64,000 nt of DNA from positions 1,120,001 through 1,184,000 of the forward strand of contig OZ243972.1 of the NCBI GenBank assembly GCA_965214705.1, read 5' to 3'. The DNA is from Alphaproteobacteria bacterium (lineage in GTDB: Bacteria; Pseudomonadota; Alphaproteobacteria; UBA828). Below are positions 1-9,694 of this stretch, piece by piece (position 1 is the first letter of the stretch; every line of letters starts with the position of its first letter). The notes under the pieces were generated by a model that was not told the origin of the DNA, searched no databases, and saw only the letters and a program-made list of their open reading frames with translations. The translations under genes were made by a program, and so were the position numbers.

Positions 1-2
1 GA

Positions 3-1139
3 CGCGTACCTTGCGTTGTTTCTTTTCTGCACCCATTTCGAATTGTAAATGATTCTGAATCTCCCGACTGGTGCGTCTCGCTGGATCAAGTAAACACTGC
101 GACATGGGATTATGTCGCTTTGCATGAGATGGTCGGCGGAATCGATGTCGGCCTTGAATCTCCGTATCATATGGTCGTGTGCCGCGATGGCGGCATTGCG
201 CTGCCATTGATTCCCGAACTCCGGGAGAACCAAGCTGCCGTTGAGTTCTTCAATCGGTGTTTGGCCTCCATTTTGCTGGGAGGGGTCTATTGCGAGGCGA
301 TTACATCTGACGGTCTTGATTTCGGATCAGTCCTGGATTGGAAATATGTGCGTGTGGCTAGTTGCGCCTCGGCGGCTGCCAATCGATTCCACTTTCTGAT
401 TCGGGGTCAACATGCTTCTCCAGTGGAAGCGATTGCGCTCGAAGAGCCCAGACAGATTTCGATCGAAGAGCTTGCGAAGGCAGCGCACAAGGGACGCCTT
501 GTGTTGGAAAACGCCCCAGGCGTTGGCGGCGAATTCTTGCTTAAGGGCGTTACAAGTTACGCGCGGAGAGACTGGGGAACAGCACTCGCCAATTTATGGA
601 TTGTCGTTGAGCAACTTACATCCCATCTTTGGTCTGAGAGAGTTATAGGACCGGCCAGACAGTCGCAAGTTATTGACGGTCGAATTGATGGCCTTAAAGA
701 TAACAGGACCTGGACGATCTCTACACGCCACGAAATGTTGTTTCAGACGAATGTTCTCGATGCAGAACTTTACGCGTCTCTTATAGTGGCGAGGAAATCG
801 AGAAACCAACTATCGCATGACGGGAGGCATCCTAGCGAGAGTGGCGCTACCGCTGCCATATCTTCTGTGAAAAACCTACTACAAGTATTGCTTCCGGGTC
901 TCGAAATCCCGTTTGTCGACATGGATCTAAGCGATCATGCGATTTCTGATCCCTTTAGGCCTATAGAAACTCCATTATTGAGTCCGAAATATTGGATGGA
1001 TATAAGGAAGCTTCCTGGGGAAACTGAACTCGAAAAACTAGACCCAAGTTGGCACTTTTCCGCTGCCTGTGTTCCCTATTGGTTTGATTCAACGCGATAT
1101 TTTTCTCGGTCGATTCCAACATGGCCCCACATTTTGTGA
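3..1139 (+). CDS. HEPN-motif hypothetical protein, 5' end outside window, C-terminus disrupted by IS1634
   Basis: Frame is open from position 3 into ORF 120..1139. LWIVVEQL helix and RKSRNQLSH (Rx4H) motif; lower GC than neighbours. Codons after 1042 come from the IS, and the original frame resumes at 3207 (EKL-EAEAGRR..., stop at 3300). Confidence 0.55.
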   Translation, partial: RVPCVVSFLHPFRIVNDSESPDWCVSLDQVNTATWDYVALHEMVGGIDVGLESPYHMVVCRDGGIALPLIPELRENQAAVEFFNRCLASILLGGVYCEAITSDGLDFGSVLDWKYVRVASCASAAANRFHFLIRGQHASPVEAIALEEPRQISIEELAKAAHKGRLVLENAPGVGGEFLLKGVTSYARRDWGTALANLWIVVEQLTSHLWSERVIGPARQSQVIDGRIDGLKDNRTWTISTRHEMLFQTNVLDAELYASLIVARKSRNQLSHDGRHPSESGATAAISSVKNLLQVLLPGLEIPFVDMDLSDHAISDPFRPIETPLLSPKYWMDIRKLPGETELEKLDPSWHFSAACVPYWFDSTRYFSRSIPTWPHIL

Positions 1140-3202
1140 GATTCTGTCAGCTCATCAGACGGGTCCTCGTGCGGTGGATGGCGGGGTCCACGCCCGCCGC
1201 CGAGGAGATTGCGGCAACCTCGGCGGCCGGGCGCGTGTCCTGGCGGTTGACGATCAAGGTGCCGTCGGTCTGGCGCAGGCGCGTGGTGATCCGCACCCAG
1301 GTCCGCATGCTCTCGCGGATCGACGCCCAGCACTTGTGGATGCCGCGCGCGGCCAGCCGGGTACGGATCAGATGCACGGCGTGGTAGGCCAGCACGGCGA
1401 TCAGCAGGTGGGCCGCGATGCGCCGGTCGAGCTGGTGCCAGATCGGGCGAAGGCCGAGCTCGGATTTCAGGCTCCGGAATGTCGCCTCGATATCCGTGAT
1501 CCGCCAGTACGTCCGCAGGACCGTCTCGATGTCCCAGTCGACGTGGCTGGTGCGCAGCACATAGGCACCGGCGCCCTCATCGGCCTCGTCGTATCGCGGC
1601 CTGCGCTTGAAGCGCACGGCGGTGGCATTGGGGCCGGTTTTCGCCCTCTCGACCGTGATCTCGTAGTGCCTGGCGACGGCGGAGAAGCGCTGCTTGAGGC
1701 GGCCTATGCTCTCCAGCACCTTGTCGTAGCGCTTGAGGCGGCCCTTGACCGGGAGGCCGCCGTGGAGCCTTTCCAGCGCCGCCTCGAAGCGGTTCCGCCT
1801 CAGGCCGATGATCGCGTTCTCGGCCTTCTTCTTGCCCTCGCTGACGACGTAGAGCCGCGCCTCGCCGTCCTCGCTGGCAAGCCGCCAGGCCCGCACCTCG
1901 TGGCGCGCGCTGGTGATCAGCAGGGCCTCGGGTCCGCCCTCGGGCGGCGCAGGCCTGGCACCGCGGCTGACCGCGATCCAGTCGTAGCCCTGCTCGCCCA
2001 GCCACGCGATGTTTTTCTCGGTGGCGATGCCCGCGTCCATGACCACCGTGGGCTTCGGCGCCGTGCCGCCGCACACCGCCTCGAGCCGCGCCAGCGCCTC
2101 GTGCAGCGTGCCCGGCTCGCTCACGTTGCCCGGCAGGATCTCGCAACTGCGCGGGAAGCCCGCGCCGTCGAGCGCCAGCGCCAGCGTGATGAGGGGACAG
2201 TCGTCGCGCTTCTGCTTGGAGCGCCCGAACCTGGGAAGCTCGCCGCCCGTGTGGCCGTGGTAGTGGACGTTGGTGAGATCGTAGAAGGCGATCGTCTCGG
2301 GCAGGTCGAGCAGTGCGCGCTCACGGTTGAACAGCTCCCGCTGGATGGCGGCGCGGTGGCGCCAGAGCAGGTCGCCGATGCGGTAGAGCGTCTTGCGCCG
2401 CAGCGCCTTGCGGTCGCCCTCCAGGCCCAGGAGCTCGGCGGCCGCGCTGTCGTGGCGGAGCCAGCGGCTGGTATCACGCTCGCTGGCGGGATGGACCATC
2501 CTGGCGACGATCAGCGCGCTGGCGATGCGCCCGTCGCGGCCCTTGATGTCGAGGCCGTGGAGGATTTCGGCGAAGCCGAGGGCGTCGAGGGCCTTGAGGC
2601 ACAGGCGCTCGCAGCCGACCGTGCGCGGGTTCTCGTGCTCCAGGGTATCGAGGTCGACGGTGGCGATGTCGGGCTTGCGCGCCTCTTCCTGCATCGCCTC
2701 GACGCGGAACCCCCTGGCCCTGAGCTTGGCGACGATGTCCTCGGCTGCGGCCCGCACATCCGCCTCGCCCTCGAACAGCGGCGGCTTGCCGTGAAGCAGC
2801 GCCTCGGCGAGTTCGGTGACGGCCTTCCACTTCTCGCGCGGCACCGGATAGTCGGTGCCGAGATTGAGCAGCGTCCTGTGGCGCACCTTGTCGCCGACGC
2901 GCTGGGCGAGCACGAGGCGATGGCTTCGGACCGGCTGGCCGGCCTTGTCGGTGTGTGTCCTGGTTGCCTTGATGTACATGGCGGCGCCGTTTCTGCGATG
3001 CCTGTTTCGCATACACGGCGTTCGCGGCATCTGGCAAGAGGGATATCGACTCAACTCCAAAGTCCTGGCCCCACAATTGGCTTCCAGGACCACGAATGGC
3101 AAATGTGGGTCTCAGGTGTCCTCCAACCCCAACATCTAGTGGTTCAGCGCCGCAAAACTGGCTCGAACAGGCTCGGCTGGTCGGAAAAAGTGCCAACTTG
3201 GG
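1043..3202 (-). mobile_element. IS1634-family insertion sequence (2160 bp)
   Basis: 17-bp perfect terminal IRs cccaagttggcactttt (1043-1059) and aaaagtgccaacttggg (3186-3202). Flanking direct repeat TAGA at 1039-1042 and 3203-3206. Confidence 0.9.
1147..2979 (-). CDS. IS1634-family DDE transposase
   Basis: FYDLTNVHY, FGRSKQKRDDCP, VVMDAGI and YWRITDIEATFRSLKSELGLRPIWH motifs; start MYIKATR at 2979. Confidence 0.9.
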   Translation of the reverse strand: MYIKATRTHTDKAGQPVRSHRLVLAQRVGDKVRHRTLLNLGTDYPVPREKWKAVTELAEALLHGKPPLFEGEADVRAAAEDIVAKLRARGFRVEAMQEEARKPDIATVDLDTLEHENPRTVGCERLCLKALDALGFAEILHGLDIKGRDGRIASALIVARMVHPASERDTSRWLRHDSAAAELLGLEGDRKALRRKTLYRIGDLLWRHRAAIQRELFNRERALLDLPETIAFYDLTNVHYHGHTGGELPRFGRSKQKRDDCPLITLALALDGAGFPRSCEILPGNVSEPGTLHEALARLEAVCGGTAPKPTVVMDAGIATEKNIAWLGEQGYDWIAVSRGARPAPPEGGPEALLITSARHEVRAWRLASEDGEARLYVVSEGKKKAENAIIGLRRNRFEAALERLHGGLPVKGRLKRYDKVLESIGRLKQRFSAVARHYEITVERAKTGPNATAVRFKRRPRYDEADEGAGAYVLRTSHVDWDIETVLRTYWRITDIEATFRSLKSELGLRPIWHQLDRRIAAHLLIAVLAYHAVHLIRTRLAARGIHKCWASIRESMRTWVRITTRLRQTDGTLIVNRQDTRPAAEVAAISSAAGVDPAIHRTRTRLMS

Positions 3203-3306
3203 TAGAGGCGGAAGCAGGACGGAGAGGGCGCGAGCCTGGGGGCACACGCACCGAACAAGGGGCTCTCCTCGGTGGCGCAGGCCGGAACCGCGGCGGGTGA
3301 CGGGCG

Positions 3307-4365
3307 CTAAAGGCTTTTCGCAAACTCTTTGTTTGCAGCCGGTATCTCGGGAACGGTCCCCAGGTAGGCGTGGCGGGACATGTCCGGCGAGTGCCTGCTC
3401 GCCGGCGGCTGGCGGCCGAGCGCTTCCGCCATGCTGCGGATGTGGTGAGGGGCCGCGCCGCAACAAACGCCGAGATAGTTGATGCCGAGCGCCTGCGCCT
3501 CTCTGGTGAACTCCGCGATCTCGTAGCGGTTGCAGGCGAGGTTATCGAGCCCGGTGGGGAAGGCGCATCCCTCGGGCAGGCAGGCGCAGCCAGGATCGCT
3601 GAGGGAGAGGAAGGTCGGCTCGTCCTCAGTGGTGCGATAGGCCACCGGCAGCGCGGAGACGTGGCAGCTCACCGCTTCGTGGATCGGGCCCAGCAACGGC
3701 AGCATGGTCGCGGGGCCGCGCACGCAGTTGAGGCCGACCACGTCGGCGCCCGCGTCCTCCAGTCGCTTGCAAGCTTCGGCCGGGGTCAGTCCCTCGCGGG
3801 TGTGCGGGTCGCGGAAGATGGCGAGGTTGATCACCGCCGGCAGCCCGGTCTCTTTGATCGCTTCGAGCGCGAGCAGAGCCTCGCCCACGTGGCTGATGGT
3901 CTCGGCGACGAAGAAGTCCACGCCCTCATCGACGGCCCAGCCCACCTGCTCATCGAACATGGCGCGCACAGTCCGCGCGGACTCGGGATCGCCTTCGACG
4001 AAGATGTTGGAATTGCTGACGTTGCCGGCGACCAGGGCATTGCCTTCCTCCGCGACCGACCGCGCAAGGCGGACCGCGGTGCGGTTCATTTGCTCAAGCT
4101 GGTCCTCCTTGCCGATCAGCCTGAGCTTCTCGCGATGGGCGTAATAGGTGAAGGCCAGCATGACGTCCGAGCCCGCGTGCAGGAATTCGCGATGCAGCTG
4201 GATTACGGCGTCAGGATGTTCCAGCACTGCTTCGGGCACGTAGGCGCCGGCGGTGAGATAGCCGCGGCGCTCAATCTCGAACAGATAGCCCTCGGCGCAA
4301 ATGACGGGTCCTGCCGCCAGCCATTCGAGCAGACCCGATCCGATAGGCGGAGCAGCGCGGGTCAT
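3307..4365 (-). CDS. Homocysteine S-methyltransferase (BHMT-like), copy 2
   Basis: ICAEGYLFEIERRGY N-terminus, Zn ligands in GLNC and GVCCG; RBS aaggag before the ATG at 4365. Confidence 0.9.
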   Translation of the reverse strand: MTRAAPPIGSGLLEWLAAGPVICAEGYLFEIERRGYLTAGAYVPEAVLEHPDAVIQLHREFLHAGSDVMLAFTYYAHREKLRLIGKEDQLEQMNRTAVRLARSVAEEGNALVAGNVSNSNIFVEGDPESARTVRAMFDEQVGWAVDEGVDFFVAETISHVGEALLALEAIKETGLPAVINLAIFRDPHTREGLTPAEACKRLEDAGADVVGLNCVRGPATMLPLLGPIHEAVSCHVSALPVAYRTTEDEPTFLSLSDPGCACLPEGCAFPTGLDNLACNRYEIAEFTREAQALGINYLGVCCGAAPHHIRSMAEALGRQPPASRHSPDMSRHAYLGTVPEIPAANKEFAKSL

Positions 4366-4428
4366 TGAGGCGATCTCCTTGTTCGCGATGGCCGCGCGGT
4401 CGGGAGCCCCGCGCGCGGGTGACAAGTG

Positions 4429-5487
4429 CTACAGGTTCTCCGCAAAATCCTTGTACACAGACGGGACCTTGTCCGAGGTGCCATAGAAGGCGTGTACGGA
4501 CATGTCGGGCGAGTACTTGCTCCCCGGCGGGCGGCGGCCTAGCGCCTCCGCCATGCTGCGGATGTGGTGGGGGGACGTGCCGCAGCAAACGCCGAGATAG
4601 TTGACGCCGAGCGCCTGCGCCTCCTTGGTGAATTCCTCGATCTCGTAGCGGTTGACGGTGAAAGGATCGAGCGCGGTGGGGAAAGGCTTCTCCCGCGGCA
4701 GGCAGGCGCAATCGGGATCCTCCAGGGACTGGAAAGTCGGCTGGTCGGCGGTGGTGCGGTAGGCCACCGGCAGCGCCGCCACGTGACAACTGACCGCCTC
4801 GCGAATGGGGCCGAGCAGCGGCAGCATGGAGGCCGGACCGCGCGCGCAGTTGAGCCCGACCACGTCGGCCCCCGCGTCTTCCAGGCGCTTTGCCGCTTCG
4901 GCCAAGCTCAATCCGTCCCGCGTGTGCGGGTCACGGTGGACCGCGAGGTTGATTACCGCCGTCTGGTCGGCCGCCTTGATCGCTTCGAGCGCGAGCAGGG
5001 CCTCGCCGACGAAGGAAATGGTCTCGGCAACGATATAGTCCACGCCTTCATCGACGGCCCACTCCACCTGCTCGTCGAACATCGCGCGCACCTCGCGGGC
5101 GGACTCGGCGTCGCCCTCGACATAGATGTTGGAGTTGGACACGTTGCCGGCGACCAGCGCGTCGCTCCCGGCTGCGGCCTCTCGCGCGAGGCGGAGCGCG
5201 GTGCGGTTCAACTCCTCGAGCGCGTCTTCCTTGCCGATCACCCGGAGCTTTTCGCGATGGGCGTAGTAGGTGAAGGCGAGCATGACGTCGGAGCCCGCGT
5301 ACAGGAAGTCGCGATGCAATTGGGCCACGACCTCCGGATGGTCGAGCACCGCTTCCGGCACGTAGGCGCCGGCGGAGAGATAGCCGCGGCGCTCGATCTC
5401 GAACAGATAGCCCTCGGCGCAGATGACGGGCCCTGCTGCCAGCCGCTCAAGAAGGTCCGCTCCGCTCGACACTGCGGAGTCAGTCAT
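4429..5487 (-). CDS. Homocysteine S-methyltransferase (BHMT-like), copy 1
   Basis: Same motifs (GLNC, GVCCG); close paralog of 3307..4365. Confidence 0.9.
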   Translation of the reverse strand: MTDSAVSSGADLLERLAAGPVICAEGYLFEIERRGYLSAGAYVPEAVLDHPEVVAQLHRDFLYAGSDVMLAFTYYAHREKLRVIGKEDALEELNRTALRLAREAAAGSDALVAGNVSNSNIYVEGDAESAREVRAMFDEQVEWAVDEGVDYIVAETISFVGEALLALEAIKAADQTAVINLAVHRDPHTRDGLSLAEAAKRLEDAGADVVGLNCARGPASMLPLLGPIREAVSCHVAALPVAYRTTADQPTFQSLEDPDCACLPREKPFPTALDPFTVNRYEIEEFTKEAQALGVNYLGVCCGTSPHHIRSMAEALGRRPPGSKYSPDMSVHAFYGTSDKVPSVYKDFAENL

Positions 5488-5500
5488 GGGGCAACCCTCC

Positions 5501-6508
5501 TTATTCGTATCTACCGGCCGGGCCGGGATGTAGCGGTGAATCCTTCACCCGCCAGAGAAAGCGCCGCACGATATCGCCGTAGCCAGCGAACAGGAAGGCG
5601 CCATTATCGGCGAGCACGCGCTCCCGCTCCGCCCTGTAGACATGGGGCAGGTCGTACCAGGCGATGCCGGGCCGCTCGTGATGGAGCGCATGAAAATTGT
5701 TGCCGAGGAAGAGCAGCCTCATCAGCAGGCCGGCCTCCACGATGACCGTGCGCTGGGCCTGCTCCGCCGCAGGTCGATGCTCGGTGTAGGAGCGTAGCAG
5801 GATCAGTCCGGTGCCCGGATAGACGTAGAGCATCACGTAGGCCCAGAGCGGGATGCCGCAGACGACCAGCACCCAGGCCAGCACCAGCGCCGTCAGCACC
5901 GCGTGCGTGGCCCAGATCTGAACGCATCCCGGCTCGCCGCGGATGAGCCGCGTGCCTTCCTCCCGCCAGAAGGCGAGAATCGTCAGCGCCGGACCGAGCA
6001 GCAGCCGGCCCGCCAGCGTGTTGTGGACCCGGAGCAGAGCCCTGTAGATCGGCCCGATGCGCTGCCAGCGCGCTGGCTCCAGGTAGAAGCTCTCGGTATC
6101 CGCCAGCGGGTCCGTGAGGTGCGGCGTGGCATGGTGCGAAAGATGACGGCTGCGGTAGAGGGGAAAGGGCAGCCAGAGCGCGAGCGGCGCCACGGCGAGC
6201 GCGGTGTTGACCCAAGGCCGGCGTGTGGGATGGCCGTGGATGATCTCGTGCTGCAGGCCGCCGTGCCAGCCGACCAACCAGCCGCCCAATGGCAGGACCA
6301 GCCACCAGGGCAGCGCATGGTGGTACCAGGTGAGCGCCAGCCAGCCGCCATAGACCGCCGCCGCCACGAGCCAAGTCGGCCCCTCGATGCGGCGCCAGAG
6401 GACAGGGAGGTCCGCTTGAGCGAGGGGATTGTCGAGGTTTCGTACCACGGTGACCCGGCTGTGGCGGCGACTTCGGTCTACTCTGTGACCCGTCTTGCGG
6501 TGAGACAA
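5501..6508 (-). CDS. Fatty acid desaturase-family membrane diiron protein
   Basis: His boxes QHEIIHGH, RHLSHH and FHALHH; TM segments; start uncertain. Confidence 0.85.
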   Translation of the reverse strand: MSHRKTGHRVDRSRRHSRVTVVRNLDNPLAQADLPVLWRRIEGPTWLVAAAVYGGWLALTWYHHALPWWLVLPLGGWLVGWHGGLQHEIIHGHPTRRPWVNTALAVAPLALWLPFPLYRSRHLSHHATPHLTDPLADTESFYLEPARWQRIGPIYRALLRVHNTLAGRLLLGPALTILAFWREEGTRLIRGEPGCVQIWATHAVLTALVLAWVLVVCGIPLWAYVMLYVYPGTGLILLRSYTEHRPAAEQAQRTVIVEAGLLMRLLFLGNNFHALHHERPGIAWYDLPHVYRAERERVLADNGAFLFAGYGDIVRRFLWRVKDSPLHPGPAGRYE

Positions 6509-6610
6509 CGTGGGAATTCACTCGCTTCGTCATACCGTGCGTCAATTCTCAAGAATTTGTGATAGTTTGCACTGAATGATGATTTTCTCCTCAATGTGGG
6601 GAATTAGCGC

Positions 6611-7465
6611 ATGGATAGGCGTGACACGGCGCAACGGTTCCGTGAGCGGCTGCTCGAGGCCATGGAGAAGGGGCAGGTCAACCGGTCTACGCTCGCCGCG
6701 CGCATCGGCATCGACCGCTCCACGCTCTCGCAGCTTCTATCGGCCGAGGCCGACCGCCTGCCGCGCGCCGACACTGCCGCGGCGATCGCGTCCGCCCTCA
6801 ACGTGAGCCTCGACTGGCTGCTCGGGCTCAGTCAGCACACCAAGCTCGTCGCCGATATTCTGCAGGAATCGGTTGAGGTGAAGCCGAGCGCGGACGAGCC
6901 GGCAGATGAAAGCCTCGCCGCCTGGTACGCCGAGGCCGCCGGCTACAAGATCCGACACGTGCCGACCAGGCTCCCGGACCTGCTAAAGACCGAGGCGGTG
7001 CTGGACTACGAGTACCGCGATTTTGCCGCGAGGTCGGCCGACCGGGCGATCGCCATTTCCCACGGCCGCCTCGCGTATGTGCGGCTACCGGAGACGGACA
7101 TTGAGATCTGCATGTCGCGTCAGTCCATGGAATCCTTCACCCGTGCCGAGGGAATTTGGCGCGACCTTTCATTGTCGGCCAGGCACGAGCAGCTCGATCA
7201 CATGATCGGATTGATCGACGAGCTCTACCCCACGCTGCGCGTGTTCTTCTTCGACGGCCTCACCCATTTCTCCGTGCCCTACACGGTGTTCGGGCCGCAG
7301 CGGACGGTGGTTTATGTCGGGCAGATGTTTTTCGCCTTCAACACGATCGAGCATATCCGCGTGCTTACGCGCCACTTCGACGCCCTGGTGCGGGCCTCGA
7401 CCGTACCGGCCCATGTGGCCGGCGACTTCCTGCGCGAGTTGCGGCGGGAGCTGAACGGGAACTAA
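6611..7465 (+). CDS. XRE-family HTH transcriptional regulator
   Basis: N-terminal HTH (RSTLAARIGIDRSTLSQLL...VSLDWLLGL); divergent from the desaturase operon. Confidence 0.85.
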   Translation: MDRRDTAQRFRERLLEAMEKGQVNRSTLAARIGIDRSTLSQLLSAEADRLPRADTAAAIASALNVSLDWLLGLSQHTKLVADILQESVEVKPSADEPADESLAAWYAEAAGYKIRHVPTRLPDLLKTEAVLDYEYRDFAARSADRAIAISHGRLAYVRLPETDIEICMSRQSMESFTRAEGIWRDLSLSARHEQLDHMIGLIDELYPTLRVFFFDGLTHFSVPYTVFGPQRTVVYVGQMFFAFNTIEHIRVLTRHFDALVRASTVPAHVAGDFLRELRRELNGN

Positions 7466-8778
7466 CGCTCGCGCCGCCAGCGGATTTCGTCGAGGGCGAG
7501 GCGGGCGCGGACGCCCAGGTAGGTGATGGGTGCCGGCGGTAGCGGGTCCGGCTTTCCCTGCGCCTCCAGATCGGCGATGAGCGCATTGTCCTGCCCGGTC
7601 GCCATGTCCGCCGCAAGCACGCCCGAGATGGTGCCCTTGGTGACTCCCACCCCGTTCTGGCAGACGGCGGCGAAGGTGTGAGGCCCCACCTTGCCGAAGC
7701 CCGGCGCGTGGTTGCGCGAGAGGCAGACGTAACCGCGCCAGGTGTGCTCGATCTTCACCTCCGGCAGCATGGGGAAGCGTGCCTCGAAGGCTCGTTGATG
7801 GTCGCGGCGGATCGTCGCCATCTCGGTGTCCGACCGCCTCAGCCTGGGCGCGTAGTAGAAGCGCTGGCGGATCAGGATGCGCCGCTCGGTGGTGTAGCGC
7901 ATGGTGACGCTGATGTGGGAGTTGGCCGGGGTGAGACCCCAGTCCTCCACGCCGCCGAGTGCCTGGTGCTCGGCCTCGGTCAGCGACCGGGTCAGGCTGC
8001 CGTGGGCGGCGAAGGTCAGCAGCTTGCCCTTGAAGGCGTCGAATTGCGGCGCATAGCCGTTGACCGCGAGCACCATGGCCTGGGCGTCCACAGTGCCGCC
8101 GGGGGTGGTCGCGCGAATGCCGTTCCGTTCCTCGATCTCCATCACCGGCGTGTGCTCGTGCAGCGTCACGTTTCCCGGCAGGGTGTCGGCGAGGCCCTTG
8201 GTCAGCCCCGCCGGGTTCATCAGCCGCCCGCCCGGCGTGTAGAGGGCCGACGTGTGATAAGACGTGCCGAGCTCTCGCTTGAGACTGGCGGCGTCAACCC
8301 AGCGATAGGGCTCACCCAGCGAATCAAGTGTGCGCGCGAAGGGCTCCAGGATTTTCTCGCGCCCGAGATCGGTGCGGGCGGCGTGGTACTTGCCGCGATG
8401 GGTGTAGGCGCACTCGATCCCGTTCTGCGCCACACAGGTGTCGAGATAGTCGATTGCCGCCCGGCTGAGGCGGATGTAGCCGTGCGCGCCGGAAAGCTCC
8501 TCGAACTCGCCGCCGACGTTGTGCGGCAGGTCGATGGCGAAGCCCGAGTTGCGCCCGGAGGCGCCTTCGCCCACCTCGTGCGCATCCAGCAACACGATGT
8601 GATCGTCGGGCCGGTTCTCGGCGAGCCGGCGCGCCGCGGCCAGGCCGGCGAAGCCCGCGCCAATCACCAGCCAGTCGGCCCGCACGTCGCCCTTGAGCGC
8701 GAGCGTGGGCTCCCGCGAGGGCAGGATGCGGCTCCAGCCGTTGGTGGCGTCTTCCTTGGGTAGAATCTTGACTGCCAT
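7462..8778 (-). CDS. FAD-dependent oxidoreductase (DAO/PuuB-like)
   Basis: IGAGFAG dinucleotide motif and GASGRNSG motif. Confidence 0.85.
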   Translation of the reverse strand: MAVKILPKEDATNGWSRILPSREPTLALKGDVRADWLVIGAGFAGLAAARRLAENRPDDHIVLLDAHEVGEGASGRNSGFAIDLPHNVGGEFEELSGAHGYIRLSRAAIDYLDTCVAQNGIECAYTHRGKYHAARTDLGREKILEPFARTLDSLGEPYRWVDAASLKRELGTSYHTSALYTPGGRLMNPAGLTKGLADTLPGNVTLHEHTPVMEIEERNGIRATTPGGTVDAQAMVLAVNGYAPQFDAFKGKLLTFAAHGSLTRSLTEAEHQALGGVEDWGLTPANSHISVTMRYTTERRILIRQRFYYAPRLRRSDTEMATIRRDHQRAFEARFPMLPEVKIEHTWRGYVCLSRNHAPGFGKVGPHTFAAVCQNGVGVTKGTISGVLAADMATGQDNALIADLEAQGKPDPLPPAPITYLGVRARLALDEIRWRRER

Positions 8779-8837
8779 GGGCTGGCCTCCGCGCGCGTGA
8801 TCGTGCCCGCCCGCTTATCCCACTACGCGGGCAAATT

Positions 8838-9677
8838 CTAGTTCGCGTTAGGGATGAAGAGGCGCTCGCCGTCGATGGTGAAGCCGTCGATCGCCGCTTG
8901 GCCTGCGGGCGAGATCAGCCAGTTGGCGAAGCGCCGGGCGGGCTCGGCCTTCACGTGCGGGTGCCGTTCCGGGCTCACCAGGGTGACGCCGTACTGGTTG
9001 CGCAGCCCGGCATCGCCATCCACCAGAATGCGCAGATCGAGCCCGCTCCGCATGGAGAGCCAGGTGCCGCGGTCGGCAAGCGTGTAGGCCTCCATCATCG
9101 TCGCCGTGTTGAGCGTCGCCCCCATGCCTTGGCCCGCCTCGCGATACCAGGTGCCCGACGCGCCGGTGGGGTCCACGCCGGCAGCCACCCAGAGCGCGCG
9201 CTCGCGCCGGTGGGTGCCGCTGTCGTCGCCTCGGCTAACGAAGGGCGCTTCCACCGCCGCGATGCTGGCGAGCGCCGCCGCTGCGTCTCCCGTGCCAGCG
9301 ATCCCGGCCGGATCGCTTGCCGGCCCCACCACCACAAAGTCGTTGTACATCAGGTCGAAGCGCGCGCTGCCGTAGCCCTCGGCAACGAAGGCCTCCTCGG
9401 ACGGCCTGTCGTGCACCAGCAAGAGGTCCGCATCGCCGTTCCGCGCGAGCCGAAGCGCCTGGCCGGTGCCGACCGCGACAACCCGCACCTCGATCGCGGT
9501 CTCCGCCTCGAACAGCGGCAACAGGTGGTCGAAGAGGCCGGCGTTCTGGGTCGACGTGGTCGAGGCGACGGTGATGAATTCGCCGGCCCGCGCGCCCGGC
9601 GCTGCGAACAAGAGCGCGAGGGCGAACGCCGCGCAGAGTCGGAAGACGCGGCCTCGAGAACGGCCGGGCAGTCGCAT
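8838..9677 (-). CDS. tupA: Tungstate ABC transporter substrate-binding protein
   Basis: Signal peptide; ASTTSTQNAGL, AVGTGQAL and FVSRGDDSGTH motifs. Confidence 0.85.
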   Translation of the reverse strand: MRLPGRSRGRVFRLCAAFALALLFAAPGARAGEFITVASTTSTQNAGLFDHLLPLFEAETAIEVRVVAVGTGQALRLARNGDADLLLVHDRPSEEAFVAEGYGSARFDLMYNDFVVVGPASDPAGIAGTGDAAAALASIAAVEAPFVSRGDDSGTHRRERALWVAAGVDPTGASGTWYREAGQGMGATLNTATMMEAYTLADRGTWLSMRSGLDLRILVDGDAGLRNQYGVTLVSPERHPHVKAEPARRFANWLISPAGQAAIDGFTIDGERLFIPNAN

Positions 9678-9694
9678 GGGTAGCGTTCTCTGGG

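Noticed and set aside
3307-5487. Paired similar sequences as DGR template/variable repeats
   Set aside because: Both are full-length genes, the differences are not adenine-specific, and no reverse transcriptase is present.
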